Shown here: positions 39,443 to 49,848 of the stretch, piece by piece | How positions within the stretch are numbered: position 1 is the first letter of the stretch | Layout: each line of letters starts with the position of its first letter | NCBI GenBank assembly: GCA_036507075.1 | Contig: DASXQR010000017.1 | Span: 64,001-128,000 of the forward strand | DNA length: 64,000 nucleotides | Origin: Acidobacteriota bacterium | Lineage (GTDB): Bacteria > Acidobacteriota > UBA6911 > JACQSX01 | Direction of reading: 5' to 3' | The notes under the pieces: model-generated | Told to the model about the DNA's origin: nothing | What the model saw: the letters and a program-made list of their open reading frames with translations, nothing else | The model's database searches: none | Made by a program: the position numbers and the translations under genes

Positions 39443-42259
39443 TCACTTCAATCCTGCTCGTTCCACCAGCCGGTCAAGGTTGCCGAAAGCCTGCACCAGC
39501 GACTGCTTGTCTACCAGCACAGACTCAAAGATGTCCCCCGTCCGGTCAAGTCTTTTGAAAATGGTCTTCATGTTGTAATCGGCAGGATCCAGATTCTTTC
39601 TGCCGATCTCGCGCCAGGTCATCGGAGTTGAAGCCGGAGCGCCGGTGCGGGGGCGCAACACGTAGGGTCCAACCACCGTCTTACCTCGAACATTCTGAAG
39701 GAAGTCGATGTAAACCTTGCCGGTCCGGTTCTTCACCGCCCGTTCCAGTGTCACAAGCCGGGGATAGCGCTGCACCATGATGTTTCCCAGCAGCTCTGCG
39801 AATTGGCGCGCCTGTTCGTAGGTGTATTCGGGCTGCAGCGGGACAAAGATGTGAATCCCGGTCGCTCCTGAGGTTTTCGGATAGGCGCGAAGGCCGATCA
39901 TTTCCAGATACTCGTGGAGCTTCAGGGCAACCTCCTGGACCATCGAGAACGGGGCCTTTTCCGGATCAAGATCAAACACGATGAAGTCCGGATTATCGAG
40001 ACTCTGGACGCGGGAGCTCCACGGGTTGTGGGGGATGCAGGCCAGATTTGCCAGATAGAGCAGCGTGTCGCGATCATTGCAAATTGTGTAGTAGACATTC
40101 CGCCGGGTATCAGGGCTATAGATCTTTGCCCTTGGGATCCATTCGGGAAAGTAGTCAGGCGTGTTTTTCTGGTAAAAGGATTGGCCGTTTATGCCGTCGG
40201 GAAAGCGCTCCAGATTCAGCGGACGGTCGCGCAGGTGGGGCAGAATGATGGGCGCGATCCGGTCGTAAAAGGAAATCAAGTCTCTCTTCGTGTAACCGTC
40301 CTCGGGCCAAAGGACCTTGTCCAAGTTGGAAAATGCAATTTCATGTTCCGTGTGGAACTCATTTTCAACAGCGGAGCGGGAGCCGGCCTTACGAGAGGTC
40401 AAAGTCTTCCCCGCTTTTGCCCGCGTGGTTGTGACGCCGGACTTCTTTGCCGGGTCCTTCAGAGACGCCGTGTCTGTCTTCTTCGCTTCCGATTTTTCAG
40501 TCCTGCGCGCACCCGAAGCCGTCTTTTTCGCCTCCGGTTGTCCTTCGCTGCCAAGCCGGGTCCTGGTGCTGCGCTTTTTCATACCGGCTGGTTTTCTAGC
40601 CTTGGCGGTGGCGCTTTCCTCAGCCAGGCGAACCGTCCGCTTCGAATCCTGTTCCTTCTCGCGGACGCAGTTGAGGGGGTCTTTGTCTTCGCGCAATCCG
40701 AGGAACACGGGATGGCGAATCATTCCGTCGTGGGTCCATTCGGTGAAACGCACCTGCGCCACCAGTACGGGTTTTACCCAGTGGACTTCGCGCAACCGCG
40801 GTGGATTGGAGAGCGGTGATTTCTCCACCTCGAGCTTCTTCAATTTGGCGTATATCTCCTTCAGTGTTGAAATCGTGAAGCCGCCGCCGGAACTGCCGGC
40901 AAATACCAGATTCTTCCGCTCGTCGTAGAGTCCCAACAGGAGGGAACCGAAATACTGGCGCGAACCCTTCGGCTCCGTGTAGCCCACAACCACAAACTCC
41001 TGCTGCAAGGTGCATCGTATTTTGAGCCACTGGCGGCTGCGTCTGGATTCATAGAAGCTGTTGCGTTCCTTGGCCATGATTCCTTCCAGGTGACGATCCG
41101 CTGCGGCGCGGAAAAAGGCCTTGCCGCGTTCTTCCACATGGTCGGAGTAAATCAGCCGGCCTGCCGACGGTGAATTCCCGTTGGAAAGGATGACCTGCAG
41201 GATCTCTTTGCGTTTCCAGAGAGGAACTTCCGCCAGCAGGTAACCGTTGCAGTAAAGCAGATCGAAAATCACGAAGTGGACCGGCACGTCGCGCATTCGC
41301 GCTTCCACATCCGCTGCACGAGTCAAATGCATGCGCGGCTGCAGGCGTTGAAAGCTGGACAACCCGTTTTCATCCAGGGCCACAATCTCGCCGTCGAAAA
41401 TCGCTTGGTTTAACGGCATCTCCTCCAGCGCTTCCCGAACTTCAGGGAAGCGATCTTTCATTTCAAGATCATTGCGCGAGAGCAGACGAATATTTTGGCC
41501 GTTTTTGTATGCCAGGGCGCGCACGCCGTCATATTTGATTTCAAACAGCCATTGCGGGGAATCGAACGCTTCCTCAACCAGCGTAGCCAGCATCATGCCG
41601 ATTCGCCTGGGCATCGGTTCTTTCTTGCCGGACTTAATATCCAGTTTCTCCAATTGTTTTTCAGTCGGCGTATGCCACTGGCGGGCACCCTTGCTTTTTT
41701 CCAGTTGCTCGATGGTCTTTCCCGACTTGACCGACTCGGGACGTTCGGCGGTAATGTCAACATCAGGGTTGGCTGTCTCGTCTCCCTTTTTGAACAACAG
41801 CCAATCCTTGCTGGTCCGTCCTCTGGTACGAACCAGGATCCAGACGCCTTTCAATTTCTTTCCATGGAAGAGAATGTGCAGCTTGCCCTGTTCCCACGCC
41901 GTTTGAGGATCCGGGAAATCATAATCTGTCAATTCGTACGTCCCCTTATCCCATACGATCACCGTTCCGGCGCCGTAGTTTCCTTCGGGAATAGTGCCCT
42001 CGAAATCTCCGTAGTCCAGGGGATGATCTTCAACCTGAACGGCCAGTCTCTTCTCGCGCGGATCATAAGAAGGACCCTTAGGCACAGCCCAACTGCGAAG
42101 CACTCCTTCCATTTCCAGGCGCAAGTCATAGTGCAGCCGCGTAGCCTTGTGTTTTTGGATCACAAACGTAAGTTTCCGGGGTTTGGCCTTCTTGACCTTG
42201 CCGCGCGGCTCGGGAGTGGCGGAAAAATCCCGTTTCCTGGCGTAATCCTTCAGCGACAT
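39443..42259 (-). CDS. ligD: NHEJ DNA ligase D (phosphoesterase-ligase-polymerase)
   Basis: QKHKATRLHYDLRLE, SWAVPKGP; EIKYDG, EGIMAK, QEFVVVGYT; FDLDP, KTSGATGIH. Confidence 0.97.
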   Translation of the reverse strand: MSLKDYARKRDFSATPEPRGKVKKAKPRKLTFVIQKHKATRLHYDLRLEMEGVLRSWAVPKGPSYDPREKRLAVQVEDHPLDYGDFEGTIPEGNYGAGTVIVWDKGTYELTDYDFPDPQTAWEQGKLHILFHGKKLKGVWILVRTRGRTSKDWLLFKKGDETANPDVDITAERPESVKSGKTIEQLEKSKGARQWHTPTEKQLEKLDIKSGKKEPMPRRIGMMLATLVEEAFDSPQWLFEIKYDGVRALAYKNGQNIRLLSRNDLEMKDRFPEVREALEEMPLNQAIFDGEIVALDENGLSSFQRLQPRMHLTRAADVEARMRDVPVHFVIFDLLYCNGYLLAEVPLWKRKEILQVILSNGNSPSAGRLIYSDHVEERGKAFFRAAADRHLEGIMAKERNSFYESRRSRQWLKIRCTLQQEFVVVGYTEPKGSRQYFGSLLLGLYDERKNLVFAGSSGGGFTISTLKEIYAKLKKLEVEKSPLSNPPRLREVHWVKPVLVAQVRFTEWTHDGMIRHPVFLGLREDKDPLNCVREKEQDSKRTVRLAEESATAKARKPAGMKKRSTRTRLGSEGQPEAKKTASGARRTEKSEAKKTDTASLKDPAKKSGVTTTRAKAGKTLTSRKAGSRSAVENEFHTEHEIAFSNLDKVLWPEDGYTKRDLISFYDRIAPIILPHLRDRPLNLERFPDGINGQSFYQKNTPDYFPEWIPRAKIYSPDTRRNVYYTICNDRDTLLYLANLACIPHNPWSSRVQSLDNPDFIVFDLDPEKAPFSMVQEVALKLHEYLEMIGLRAYPKTSGATGIHIFVPLQPEYTYEQARQFAELLGNIMVQRYPRLVTLERAVKNRTGKVYIDFLQNVRGKTVVGPYVLRPRTGAPASTPMTWREIGRKNLDPADYNMKTIFKRLDRTGDIFESVLVDKQSLVQAFGNLDRLVERAGLK

Positions 42260-42393
42260 AGGCTCATTTTAGTTGAACGGGTCCAGCGTGGGGTTAAGAA
42301 TCATGCGGGAGTGAAGTGATATTTTCGGGGTAGAAACGCGACGCGCCTGAGATGGCCGCGATATGTCGCGTCCCTGGAGTTTCTATACTTGGG

Positions 42394-42485
42394 GCGGAGA
42401 GACGGCCCGAGGGCCGTCTCCGGGATGTCCCGGGATTGCCCTGCCGTCGACTTCGCCCGAGACGGCCATCGGACCGTCTCTCCGC
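42394..42485. repeat. REP-doublet-like element (GGAGAGACGGCCCGAGGGCCGTCTC family)
   Basis: Two inverted palindromes with a spacer that recurs inverted at 53742-53831; degenerate GTAG-type REP at 42330-42373. Confidence 0.85.
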
Positions 42486-42539
42486 GTGACCAACACACAG
42501 GGGCGCGATGTATCGCGGTTCGCCGATTTTCAGCCTTGA

Positions 42540-45500
42540 TTAAACCACTTTGCGCGTATCAACGCGGGTGACAGGTTCGGATCCTTTGACGGGCGCCATT
42601 GCGGGCCTGCGGCGGAAGCGGCCCATGACGTCGCGTCCGGAGCGCCCCAGCCGGCGCCAGTGAAGTGTCGCGGCCAGATCATCCAGGTAGGAATAAGCCA
42701 CCGGAGTTGCCAGCAGCGTGAGCAGCAGCGACAGCGATTGACCCCCGATGACCACCATCGCAATGGCTCGACGTTCCTCGGCGCCCGGACCGGTCCCGAC
42801 GGCCAGCGGCAGCATGCCGGCCACCAGCGCCAGCGTGGTCATAAGAATCGGCCGCAATCGGTCGCGGTTGCCCTGCATGATGGCTTCCAGCCGGTCCATT
42901 CCGGCGGCCCGCAGATTGTTCATGTGATCAATCTGCAGGATGGCGTTCTTTTTAACGACGCCAAACAACACCAGAATGCCCAGCGCGGAATACAGATTGA
43001 GAGTGTTGCCGGTCGCCCAAAGCGACAGCAGCGCAAAAGGAACGGAAAGCGGAAGGGACAACAGGATGGTGAACGGATGCATCAGGCTCTCGAACTGCGA
43101 CGCCAGAATCATGTACATGAAAATGACCGACAGCAGGAATGCAAAAAGGAATTCCGTAAAAGTGCGCTCCAGTTCCCGCCCCTTTCCGGCAACGGTTGTG
43201 GTGTAGGAAGACGGCAAATTCATTTCCGCCGCCGCCTTTCTTAATGCGGCGATTCGGTCCGCCAGGGCATAGCCGGGCCCCACCGAGGCACGCAAACTGG
43301 CCATGCGCTGCCGGTCCAACCGGTCAACGCGCGTGGCCGTACGCGCCGGAACTATGCGCACCACGCTGTCAAGGCGAACCAGATCGCCGCCCTGGCGCGG
43401 AACGTAGAGCAGGCCGATGGTGTTTCGATTATTTCGGTCTTTTTCCGACAGTCGAAGCTGTACGTCGTAGTCGTCATTTACGGAGGCGTCACGGAACCGC
43501 GACACCCTCTGATCCCCGCCAACCATCAGGCGCAGCGCGGTGGCTATATCCTCGGTGCTGACGCCCAGGTCCGCTGCGCGAGCGCGGTCGATTTCCACCC
43601 GCAGCTCCGGTCTATCAAGTTTAAGAGTCGTGTCGGCGTCAACGATACCGCCCAGTTGCTGGGCTTTGTCACGCAGCCTTGCGATATAAAGGGCCAGTGA
43701 ATCCAGGTCCGGTCCGCGCAGTACAAAATCAATTTCCGAATAGCCGCCGCCGATATTGAAAGAAGGCGCGTTGCGGACGGAACATCGCAGGTCGCGGAAT
43801 TTCCGCAGCCGCCTGCGGATTTCGACCATCACGTCGCGCTGCGAGTAATTCCCTTCAAAGGCTTGCAGCGGTTTTCCATGAAGGATTCCACGCCACAAGC
43901 GCGGGAGAGAAAAGATGCGTTCGTCATGGGGAGCGATCCGAACATATCCGCGGCCCTCGTTTACCCCGCTGATGTAGCTTCCTCCAACACCCGCCAGCAC
44001 CAGTCGGACACCGCGAACCGAGCGGATTTCACGCTCCACTTTCTGCATCACATCATCCATGGATGCCAGGCTGGTACCTTCCGGGGCATTGATATTGACG
44101 TCAAACTCGGCCTCGTCAACATCGGTCGGAATGTATTCCTGCCTCACCTGTCGGTAGAGCGGAACTGAAGAAGCGATTACCACCAATGCCAGCAGCGCCA
44201 CGATCAGGCGGTGGCGCATGGTCACGGCAAGCAGCCGGCTGTAGGTGCGATCGATCCAGCCGTAGAAGCCCATTCTGGATCGTGCAGCCTGCTGGGTGCT
44301 GGCTGCATCCTGGGAGCGCAGCAATCGCGCGCTCATCATGGGCGTGAGCGTAAAGGAAACCAGCAAGCTGACCATCACCGCGACGGCCGCGGTGATTCCA
44401 AACTGGTAGAGAAACCGTCCTGAGATGCTGGACATGAACGAAACGGGCACAAATATGACGACCAGGCTCAAGGTTGTGGCCATGACCGCCAGCCCGATTT
44501 CCGCGGTCGCCGCGCGCGCGGCCTCAAAAGGACGGATCTTCTTTTCCTCTACGAAGCGGAAAATGTTTTCCAGGACGACGATGGCGTCATCGATAACGAT
44601 TCCCACCATCAGAACCAGCGCCAGCATCGTGACGCTGTTCATCGTGAAATCCAGCGCGCGCATCATGCCGAAAGTCGAGATTACGGAAGCGGGAATCGCC
44701 ACGCCGGCGATCAGCGTCGATCGCCAGTTGCGCATAAACGCCAGCACCACCAGGCATGCCAGAATGCTGCCCAAAATCAGATGAATAGTGATTTCGTGCA
44801 GCGCTTCGTAAATGTAGCGCGACTGATCGCGAATGGGCATCAGCTTGATGTCGGCGGGCAATTGGGATTCGATGCGGCGCATATTCGCCTTGACCGCTTC
44901 GATCACCGCCACTGTGTTGGCGCCCGACTGGCGGCGGACCTCCAGCGTGACGGTAGGCACTCCGTTCAGGCGCGAGGTGCTGCGCTGCTCTTTGGTCCCG
45001 TCTTCCGCCCACCCGATGTCCTGCACCCGGACCGGAGTCCCGTTGATGGTTGTGATTACCAGATCGTTGAATAATTTCGGATCCACGATCCGTCCCATGG
45101 TTCGTAGCGTGTGCTCGTTGACAGCGCCGGTGATATTCCCTCCGGGAATGTCGGCATTCTGGCGGACCAGAGCATTGCGAATCTGCGTGATGGGAATCTG
45201 GTACGCAGCCAGTCGATCGGCATCGACCCAGATATTGATGGCGCGCTGCAGGCCGCCCTGCATGCGGATTTCTCCCACTCCCTCGGAGCGCTCCAGTTGC
45301 TGGCGCACCACTTTGTCGGCGATCTCTGTCAGCTCCCGCAGCGGACGAGGGCCGGATACGGCGATGGTCAAAACCGGGGTGGAGTCGTTGTCAAATTTGC
45401 TCACGATCGGAGGATCCGCGTCACGCGGAAGATCACGAACGACAGTCGCTACACGATCGCGAACGTCCTGCGCGGCCGTATCGATGTCCCGATCCAGGTT

Positions 45501-45788
45501 GAAAGTGGCGATGACAAAAGAAGTTCCTTGTCCGGACACGGAGCGCAGCTCACTGATGCCTTCAACGGTATTGACGGCTTCCTCAATGCGCTGTGAGATT
45601 TCGGCTTCAGTTTCTTCAGGAGAGGCCCCGGGCAAAAAAGTACGGGTGGCCACAGTGGGGAGGTCCACGGATGGAAAGCGGTCTACCCCGAGGCGAAAGT
45701 AGCTGTCAGTACCCACGACAACCAGCGCGAGGATCAGCATGGCGGCAAAGACAGGGCGCTTTATGCAGACTTCAGCGAGCTTTTGCAT
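42540..45788 (-). CDS. RND efflux transporter permease subunit
   Basis: IKRPVFA, GIVIDDAIVVLENI, GVVKKNAILQID, RLRPILMTT. Confidence 0.96.
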   Translation of the reverse strand: MQKLAEVCIKRPVFAAMLILALVVVGTDSYFRLGVDRFPSVDLPTVATRTFLPGASPEETEAEISQRIEEAVNTVEGISELRSVSGQGTSFVIATFNLDRDIDTAAQDVRDRVATVVRDLPRDADPPIVSKFDNDSTPVLTIAVSGPRPLRELTEIADKVVRQQLERSEGVGEIRMQGGLQRAINIWVDADRLAAYQIPITQIRNALVRQNADIPGGNITGAVNEHTLRTMGRIVDPKLFNDLVITTINGTPVRVQDIGWAEDGTKEQRSTSRLNGVPTVTLEVRRQSGANTVAVIEAVKANMRRIESQLPADIKLMPIRDQSRYIYEALHEITIHLILGSILACLVVLAFMRNWRSTLIAGVAIPASVISTFGMMRALDFTMNSVTMLALVLMVGIVIDDAIVVLENIFRFVEEKKIRPFEAARAATAEIGLAVMATTLSLVVIFVPVSFMSSISGRFLYQFGITAAVAVMVSLLVSFTLTPMMSARLLRSQDAASTQQAARSRMGFYGWIDRTYSRLLAVTMRHRLIVALLALVVIASSVPLYRQVRQEYIPTDVDEAEFDVNINAPEGTSLASMDDVMQKVEREIRSVRGVRLVLAGVGGSYISGVNEGRGYVRIAPHDERIFSLPRLWRGILHGKPLQAFEGNYSQRDVMVEIRRRLRKFRDLRCSVRNAPSFNIGGGYSEIDFVLRGPDLDSLALYIARLRDKAQQLGGIVDADTTLKLDRPELRVEIDRARAADLGVSTEDIATALRLMVGGDQRVSRFRDASVNDDYDVQLRLSEKDRNNRNTIGLLYVPRQGGDLVRLDSVVRIVPARTATRVDRLDRQRMASLRASVGPGYALADRIAALRKAAAEMNLPSSYTTTVAGKGRELERTFTEFLFAFLLSVIFMYMILASQFESLMHPFTILLSLPLSVPFALLSLWATGNTLNLYSALGILVLFGVVKKNAILQIDHMNNLRAAGMDRLEAIMQGNRDRLRPILMTTLALVAGMLPLAVGTGPGAEERRAIAMVVIGGQSLSLLLTLLATPVAYSYLDDLAATLHWRRLGRSGRDVMGRFRRRPAMAPVKGSEPVTRVDTRKVV

Positions 45789-47037
45789 TTTCTTCCCAGA
45801 TCACTGTTACCGGGTCTCCGCTGATCAGGTTTCCGGGCTCAATTACCACAGGCTCACCCGCGGCGAGCCCGCTGCTTATTTCGATGCGATCGCCGTCATG
45901 CCGTCCCGTCTGAACGCGTTTTTCCACCGCCTTGTCGTTCTTGACGCTGATTACTTTCTCGATTCCGGCAAACGTCACCACCGAAGAAGCCGGCACGAAA
46001 ATAGAGGGTTTCAGGGCCGCCGTCAGGATCTCAGCTTTGGCAAAGCTGCCCGGTCTCAACTGCCCGCCGGCGTTGGGCACTTCAGCCTCCACCATCAGGG
46101 TTCGATTGCCTTCGGAAATCGACGGGCTGAGTCGCGCCACACGCCCGGAATGCTCACTCTGGCTGCCTTCCACACGAACTCTCACGAACTGGCCGGTGCG
46201 AATTCCGCCGGCTTCACGCTCCGGGACTGCCAGCCGGAGCCGCAACGGATGAATTTTGACCAGTGTTACCACTGGAGCTCCAGCCGCCAGGTATTCGCCC
46301 ATGGAGGCGTGGCGCTCGCGCACCATCGCGTCCAGGGGAACGTGCAGGATGGTGTCGGCCAACTGCTGTCTTGCAATTTCCAGTTCCGAGCGACGCTGAG
46401 CAAGGATGGCTTGCCTGTTGCGAACCTCTTCCTGCGCGTCCTGATACCGGCCTTCCGCCACCTGAAGGGAGGTTGCCGCTGCGTCCAGTTGCGCCCGAGA
46501 AACGATCTTCTGCTCCCAAAGAGCGCTCATGCGGTCGCTGTTAAGCTTTGCTTCCTGAAGCACCGCCCGCGCCTGCCTCACCAGAGAAGTCTTCTCCGGA
46601 TCGATGTGATCGTCCTTTCCTTCGGGTGGAAGGCCCAGTCGCGCGCGGGCCTGCTGCAACGCCGTCTGCGCCTGCTCCATCCTCAACCGGTAATCAGTGG
46701 TATCCAGCTTGGCGATCGCCTGTCCTCTGCGCACCGGGCTTCCCAGGTCCACGGAGATTTCGCTCAACCGACCCGGGACTTTCATTGCCAGCACGACTTG
46801 TTCTTCGGCGGCCAGAGTTCCGCTTACCGCAACAGCGCGCGCCACGGTTTCTTCCCGAGCGCGCGTCACGCGGACCTTTCTTGGTGCCGCGGTAGATCTC
46901 GGTCCCCGCTGGCTGGTATCGGCCGCACCTTCGCGTGAAGCCGCGGTGGTGGTTCTTTCACTGCTGCAGGCGCTCACAAAGACCGCCAGGGCGAGAGCCG
47001 GCAGCCAGAAAGCAATTTTCCGGAGGCGCAGGCTCAA
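45772..47037 (-). CDS. RND periplasmic adaptor (membrane fusion protein), lipoprotein
   Basis: ALAVFVSAC lipobox, VDLGSPVRRGQ, LRPGSFA; start placed at TTG 47037, uncertain. Confidence 0.92.
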   Translation of the reverse strand: MSLRLRKIAFWLPALALAVFVSACSSERTTTAASREGAADTSQRGPRSTAAPRKVRVTRAREETVARAVAVSGTLAAEEQVVLAMKVPGRLSEISVDLGSPVRRGQAIAKLDTTDYRLRMEQAQTALQQARARLGLPPEGKDDHIDPEKTSLVRQARAVLQEAKLNSDRMSALWEQKIVSRAQLDAAATSLQVAEGRYQDAQEEVRNRQAILAQRRSELEIARQQLADTILHVPLDAMVRERHASMGEYLAAGAPVVTLVKIHPLRLRLAVPEREAGGIRTGQFVRVRVEGSQSEHSGRVARLSPSISEGNRTLMVEAEVPNAGGQLRPGSFAKAEILTAALKPSIFVPASSVVTFAGIEKVISVKNDKAVEKRVQTGRHDGDRIEISSGLAAGEPVVIEPGNLISGDPVTVIWEENAKAR

Positions 47038-47364
47038 TTTGTTTAGCTGGCTTGTAAAGGGCCCGGTAGATTCGGAACAGGCAAAACTTGCAGAATGGCG
47101 CCCGGACCCGCGATGAAATCCGATCTGATTCGTCACAATTCTTGCGCCCTTCCTACTACCTGATCGATGACCAAAGTGAATGAACAACAGGCATTTTAGA
47201 ATATTGGGAGCCCCTGCTCAAGCTGAAGGCACACCACGCCGCCGCCAGGGCGACACGACATGTCCTTTTGGCACTTACGGATCGCAACGCACTTGTTTCA
47301 CCGGCCCAGTCTGGTTCTCTCGGCTCGACGGGCTCGTTGCCCAAATCGAGACTGGAGGCGCTCC

Positions 47365-47511
47365 GTCCACGAGTCTGCCACGAAGGCACGAAGACAGGAA
47401 GGTTTCCGTATTTACCCTGAAGTGAAACGTTACGAAATCCACAATCATGTTTCTAAAAGTGGCACTCTAAGATCAATCTAGATCTTCGTGCCTTCGTGGC
47501 AACTCGTGGAC
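47365..47511. repeat. Palindromic element with CACGAAGG octamer arms
   Basis: GTCCACGAGTCTGCCACGAAGGCACGAAGA and TCTTCGTGCCTTCGTGGCAACTCGTGGAC. Confidence 0.88.
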
Positions 47512-47577
47512 TTGGGCGGCTCTTTGGTTGCTACGGCCGGGCTTTGACTCCGCTGCGCCCTCACAGGCTTCGTCGCC

Positions 47578-47751
47578 TCATTTGAACGGGAAAAAGTACA
47601 TCACCCATCCCAGGGCAAAGGCTGAACCTATGAAACAAAAAAGGAGCCAGAAAAAATAACGCCACCGCTCGATTTTTGTAGGCTTCATCAGCAGCGCAAA
47701 ACAGGCCGAGACCACGATGGCGAACACAACCAGCGACAAGAAATGACTCAA
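47578..47751 (-). CDS. 57-aa two-TM membrane protein
   Basis: TTG start overlaps upstream stop (TTGA); MSHFLSLVVFAIVVSACFALLMKPTKIERWRYFFWLLFCFIGSAFALGWVMYFFPFK; shorter than anything in the ORF track. Confidence 0.75.
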   Translation of the reverse strand: MSHFLSLVVFAIVVSACFALLMKPTKIERWRYFFWLLFCFIGSAFALGWVMYFFPFK

Positions 47752-48128
47752 TCTTTCCTCTCCTGCGCAATGTCAAAGGCGTCGACCACAAACAGCATGT
47801 TCAGTAATCCTGCCGTAAGCAGGAACGTATTTCCGTATTCAAACGTAAATGCGGTGATGTCTCCCTGACCGATCCCGGCCTGCCGCGCCCAGAAATAGAT
47901 CAGCCCCATGCTGATGTTGTCGAAAAACTTGAGAATAGAAAAAAAGTCGCCGCCCTCCAGACCATAGATTTTTCCGTTCTGCCTCAGTCCCAGCCAAAAG
48001 AGAATTCCAAATGAGGCTAGAAATACCAGGGCCCGGAACCATTTTTTCAAGAAAAAATGACCCATCCCGGGGACTGCCCAGGCTAGAACGCACGCTGCAA
48101 CTGTCTTTCCTGGATTCTTCAGGGTCAT
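47748..48128 (-). CDS. Membrane protein of unknown function (DUF6677-like)
   Basis: LAWAVPGMGHF, EYGNTFLLTAGLLNML.VVDAFD. Confidence 0.8.
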   Translation of the reverse strand: MTLKNPGKTVAACVLAWAVPGMGHFFLKKWFRALVFLASFGILFWLGLRQNGKIYGLEGGDFFSILKFFDNISMGLIYFWARQAGIGQGDITAFTFEYGNTFLLTAGLLNMLFVVDAFDIAQERKD

Positions 48129-48191
48129 ATATTAAATCCCAAACTTATCAATATACCGTTTTCGGGACCACCGTGGAAAGACCGTTTCGAA

Positions 48192-48306
48192 AATCAGAAT
48201 GCGGAATGTGGATTGCGGAATGCGGAATACAATCAACTTAATTCTTCAAAGCAGACCAAATGCCTTGCTATTCCGCATTCCGCATTCCGAAATCCGTATT
48301 CGGATT
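48192..48306. repeat. Inverted heptamer-array element (ATGCGGA/TTCCGCA)
   Basis: Between divergent genes. Confidence 0.88.
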
Positions 48307-48398
48307 CGGATTGACCCGCTAACCCCAGCAGTCTGCCTGCGCGGCGTTTGTATTTGAAGCCTGCGTCGGTTAAACTTCATGGTTTTTCCGGAGGATGA

Positions 48399-49538
48399 TT
48401 GATCAAGAAACGCATCTTCACGCCTGGTCCCACCCCGATCTACCCGGAAGCAAGCAAAGTGATGGCCGGGCCGGCGCTACACCATCGAAAAAAAGAGTTC
48501 AAAGAGATTTTTGAACAAACGCTGAAAAATCTAAGGGCAATCTACCGGACCGAAAACGATCTGCTCATTTTAAGCTGCTCTGGCACGGGCGCCATGGAGT
48601 CGGCAGTGGTGAATCTGCTCTCGCCGGGAGCCAAAGCGCTGATCGCCACAGCCGGAAAATTCGGAGAACGATGGGAAAGTCTGTGCAAGCAATACGGGAT
48701 TCAGACAACGGTCATCCGAAAGGAGTATGGTGAATCCATCACCGCTTCGGAAATCGGAAATCACCTGGAAAAGGATTCCGGCATTGAGGCCGTGTTTGTA
48801 CAGGGATGCGAAAGTTCTACGGGCGCTTCCATGGATCTGAAGGCCATCGGAGAGGTGGTCTCGCGCCATTCCGGCACGGTAAGCGTGGTAGACGCGATAA
48901 CCACTTTGGGCGTCGAACCCTTGTACACGGATCAATGGAAGCTGGACGTGGTGATCGGAGGGTCGCAGAAGGCCTTCATGATTCCTCCGGGCCTGGCTTT
49001 TGTCTCCATCAGCCGCAAGGCTTGGGAGAAGTCCAAGAAGTGCAGCGCCAGGAAATTCTATTTCGATTGGAGCCGGGAGCAGGCCAACCAGCCCAAGGGC
49101 CAGACGGCTTTCACGCCGGCGGTCAATCTGGTGCAAGCACTGCTGGAATCAACGAACTTCATTCTGCAGGACGGCGTAGACGATCTAGTCGCGAATGCGT
49201 CTTTGCTGGCGCGGATGGCGCGGGCGGCGGTCCAGGCGTGGGGCTTGACGCTCTTTCCCCGCCAGCCAGCTAATGCGCTCACGGCAATTTCCATTGCGCC
49301 TCCCCTGGATGCGCAGAGACTGATCTCAGAGTTGCAGGACAGGTTCGGGGCGGTGATTGCGGGCGGGCAGGGAGAGATGAAAGGCAAGATCATCCGCATT
49401 GCCCATCTTGGATATTATGACGCGCTTGACCTGATCGGCTTGCTGGGCGCCATTGAGTATTGTCTGCGCAAACAAGGACACAAGTTCGAACTGGGAAGCG
49501 GTGTGGCGGCAGCATTGCAGGTGCTGGCGGCGGATTGA
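48399..49538 (+). CDS. Class V PLP aminotransferase (alanine-glyoxylate/serine family; may act as phosphoserine aminotransferase with serA)
   Basis: FTPGPT, SGTGAMES, VDAIT, GSQKAFMIPPGL, IRIAHLG. Confidence 0.92.
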   Translation: MIKKRIFTPGPTPIYPEASKVMAGPALHHRKKEFKEIFEQTLKNLRAIYRTENDLLILSCSGTGAMESAVVNLLSPGAKALIATAGKFGERWESLCKQYGIQTTVIRKEYGESITASEIGNHLEKDSGIEAVFVQGCESSTGASMDLKAIGEVVSRHSGTVSVVDAITTLGVEPLYTDQWKLDVVIGGSQKAFMIPPGLAFVSISRKAWEKSKKCSARKFYFDWSREQANQPKGQTAFTPAVNLVQALLESTNFILQDGVDDLVANASLLARMARAAVQAWGLTLFPRQPANALTAISIAPPLDAQRLISELQDRFGAVIAGGQGEMKGKIIRIAHLGYYDALDLIGLLGAIEYCLRKQGHKFELGSGVAAALQVLAAD

Positions 49539-49539
49539 T

Positions 49540-49820
49540 GGAAAGCCGGAAAGCAGAAGGCAGGAGGCAGGAGGCAGGAGGCGGGAGACGGGATCGACGC
49601 TATCAGTACCGCGATCCGTTAGGTCGCGGCGGGGAATGTAAGTGGAACTGTTACGGCCACCGGATCGAAGGCAGAAGGCGGAAGGCGGAAGGCGGTAGGT
49701 ATGAGCCTAACGATCCATGCTGATCGATTGTCCGAAAGGACATACAGTGGATTTCACGCCTGTTGGTACACTGAACGACCGAACGACTGAACGACTGAAC
49801 GACTGAGAAGCTGAGTAAGC
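49540..49820. repeat. Direct GRAGGCR heptamer arrays and a CTGAACGA octamer array
   Basis: GAAGGCA/GGAGGCA arrays near 49540-49590 and 49667-49699 in the same orientation; (CTGAACGA)n at 49771-49820. Confidence 0.8.
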
Positions 49821-49848
49821 AGCCACAAGTTCCACTCGAGCTCGAGAA

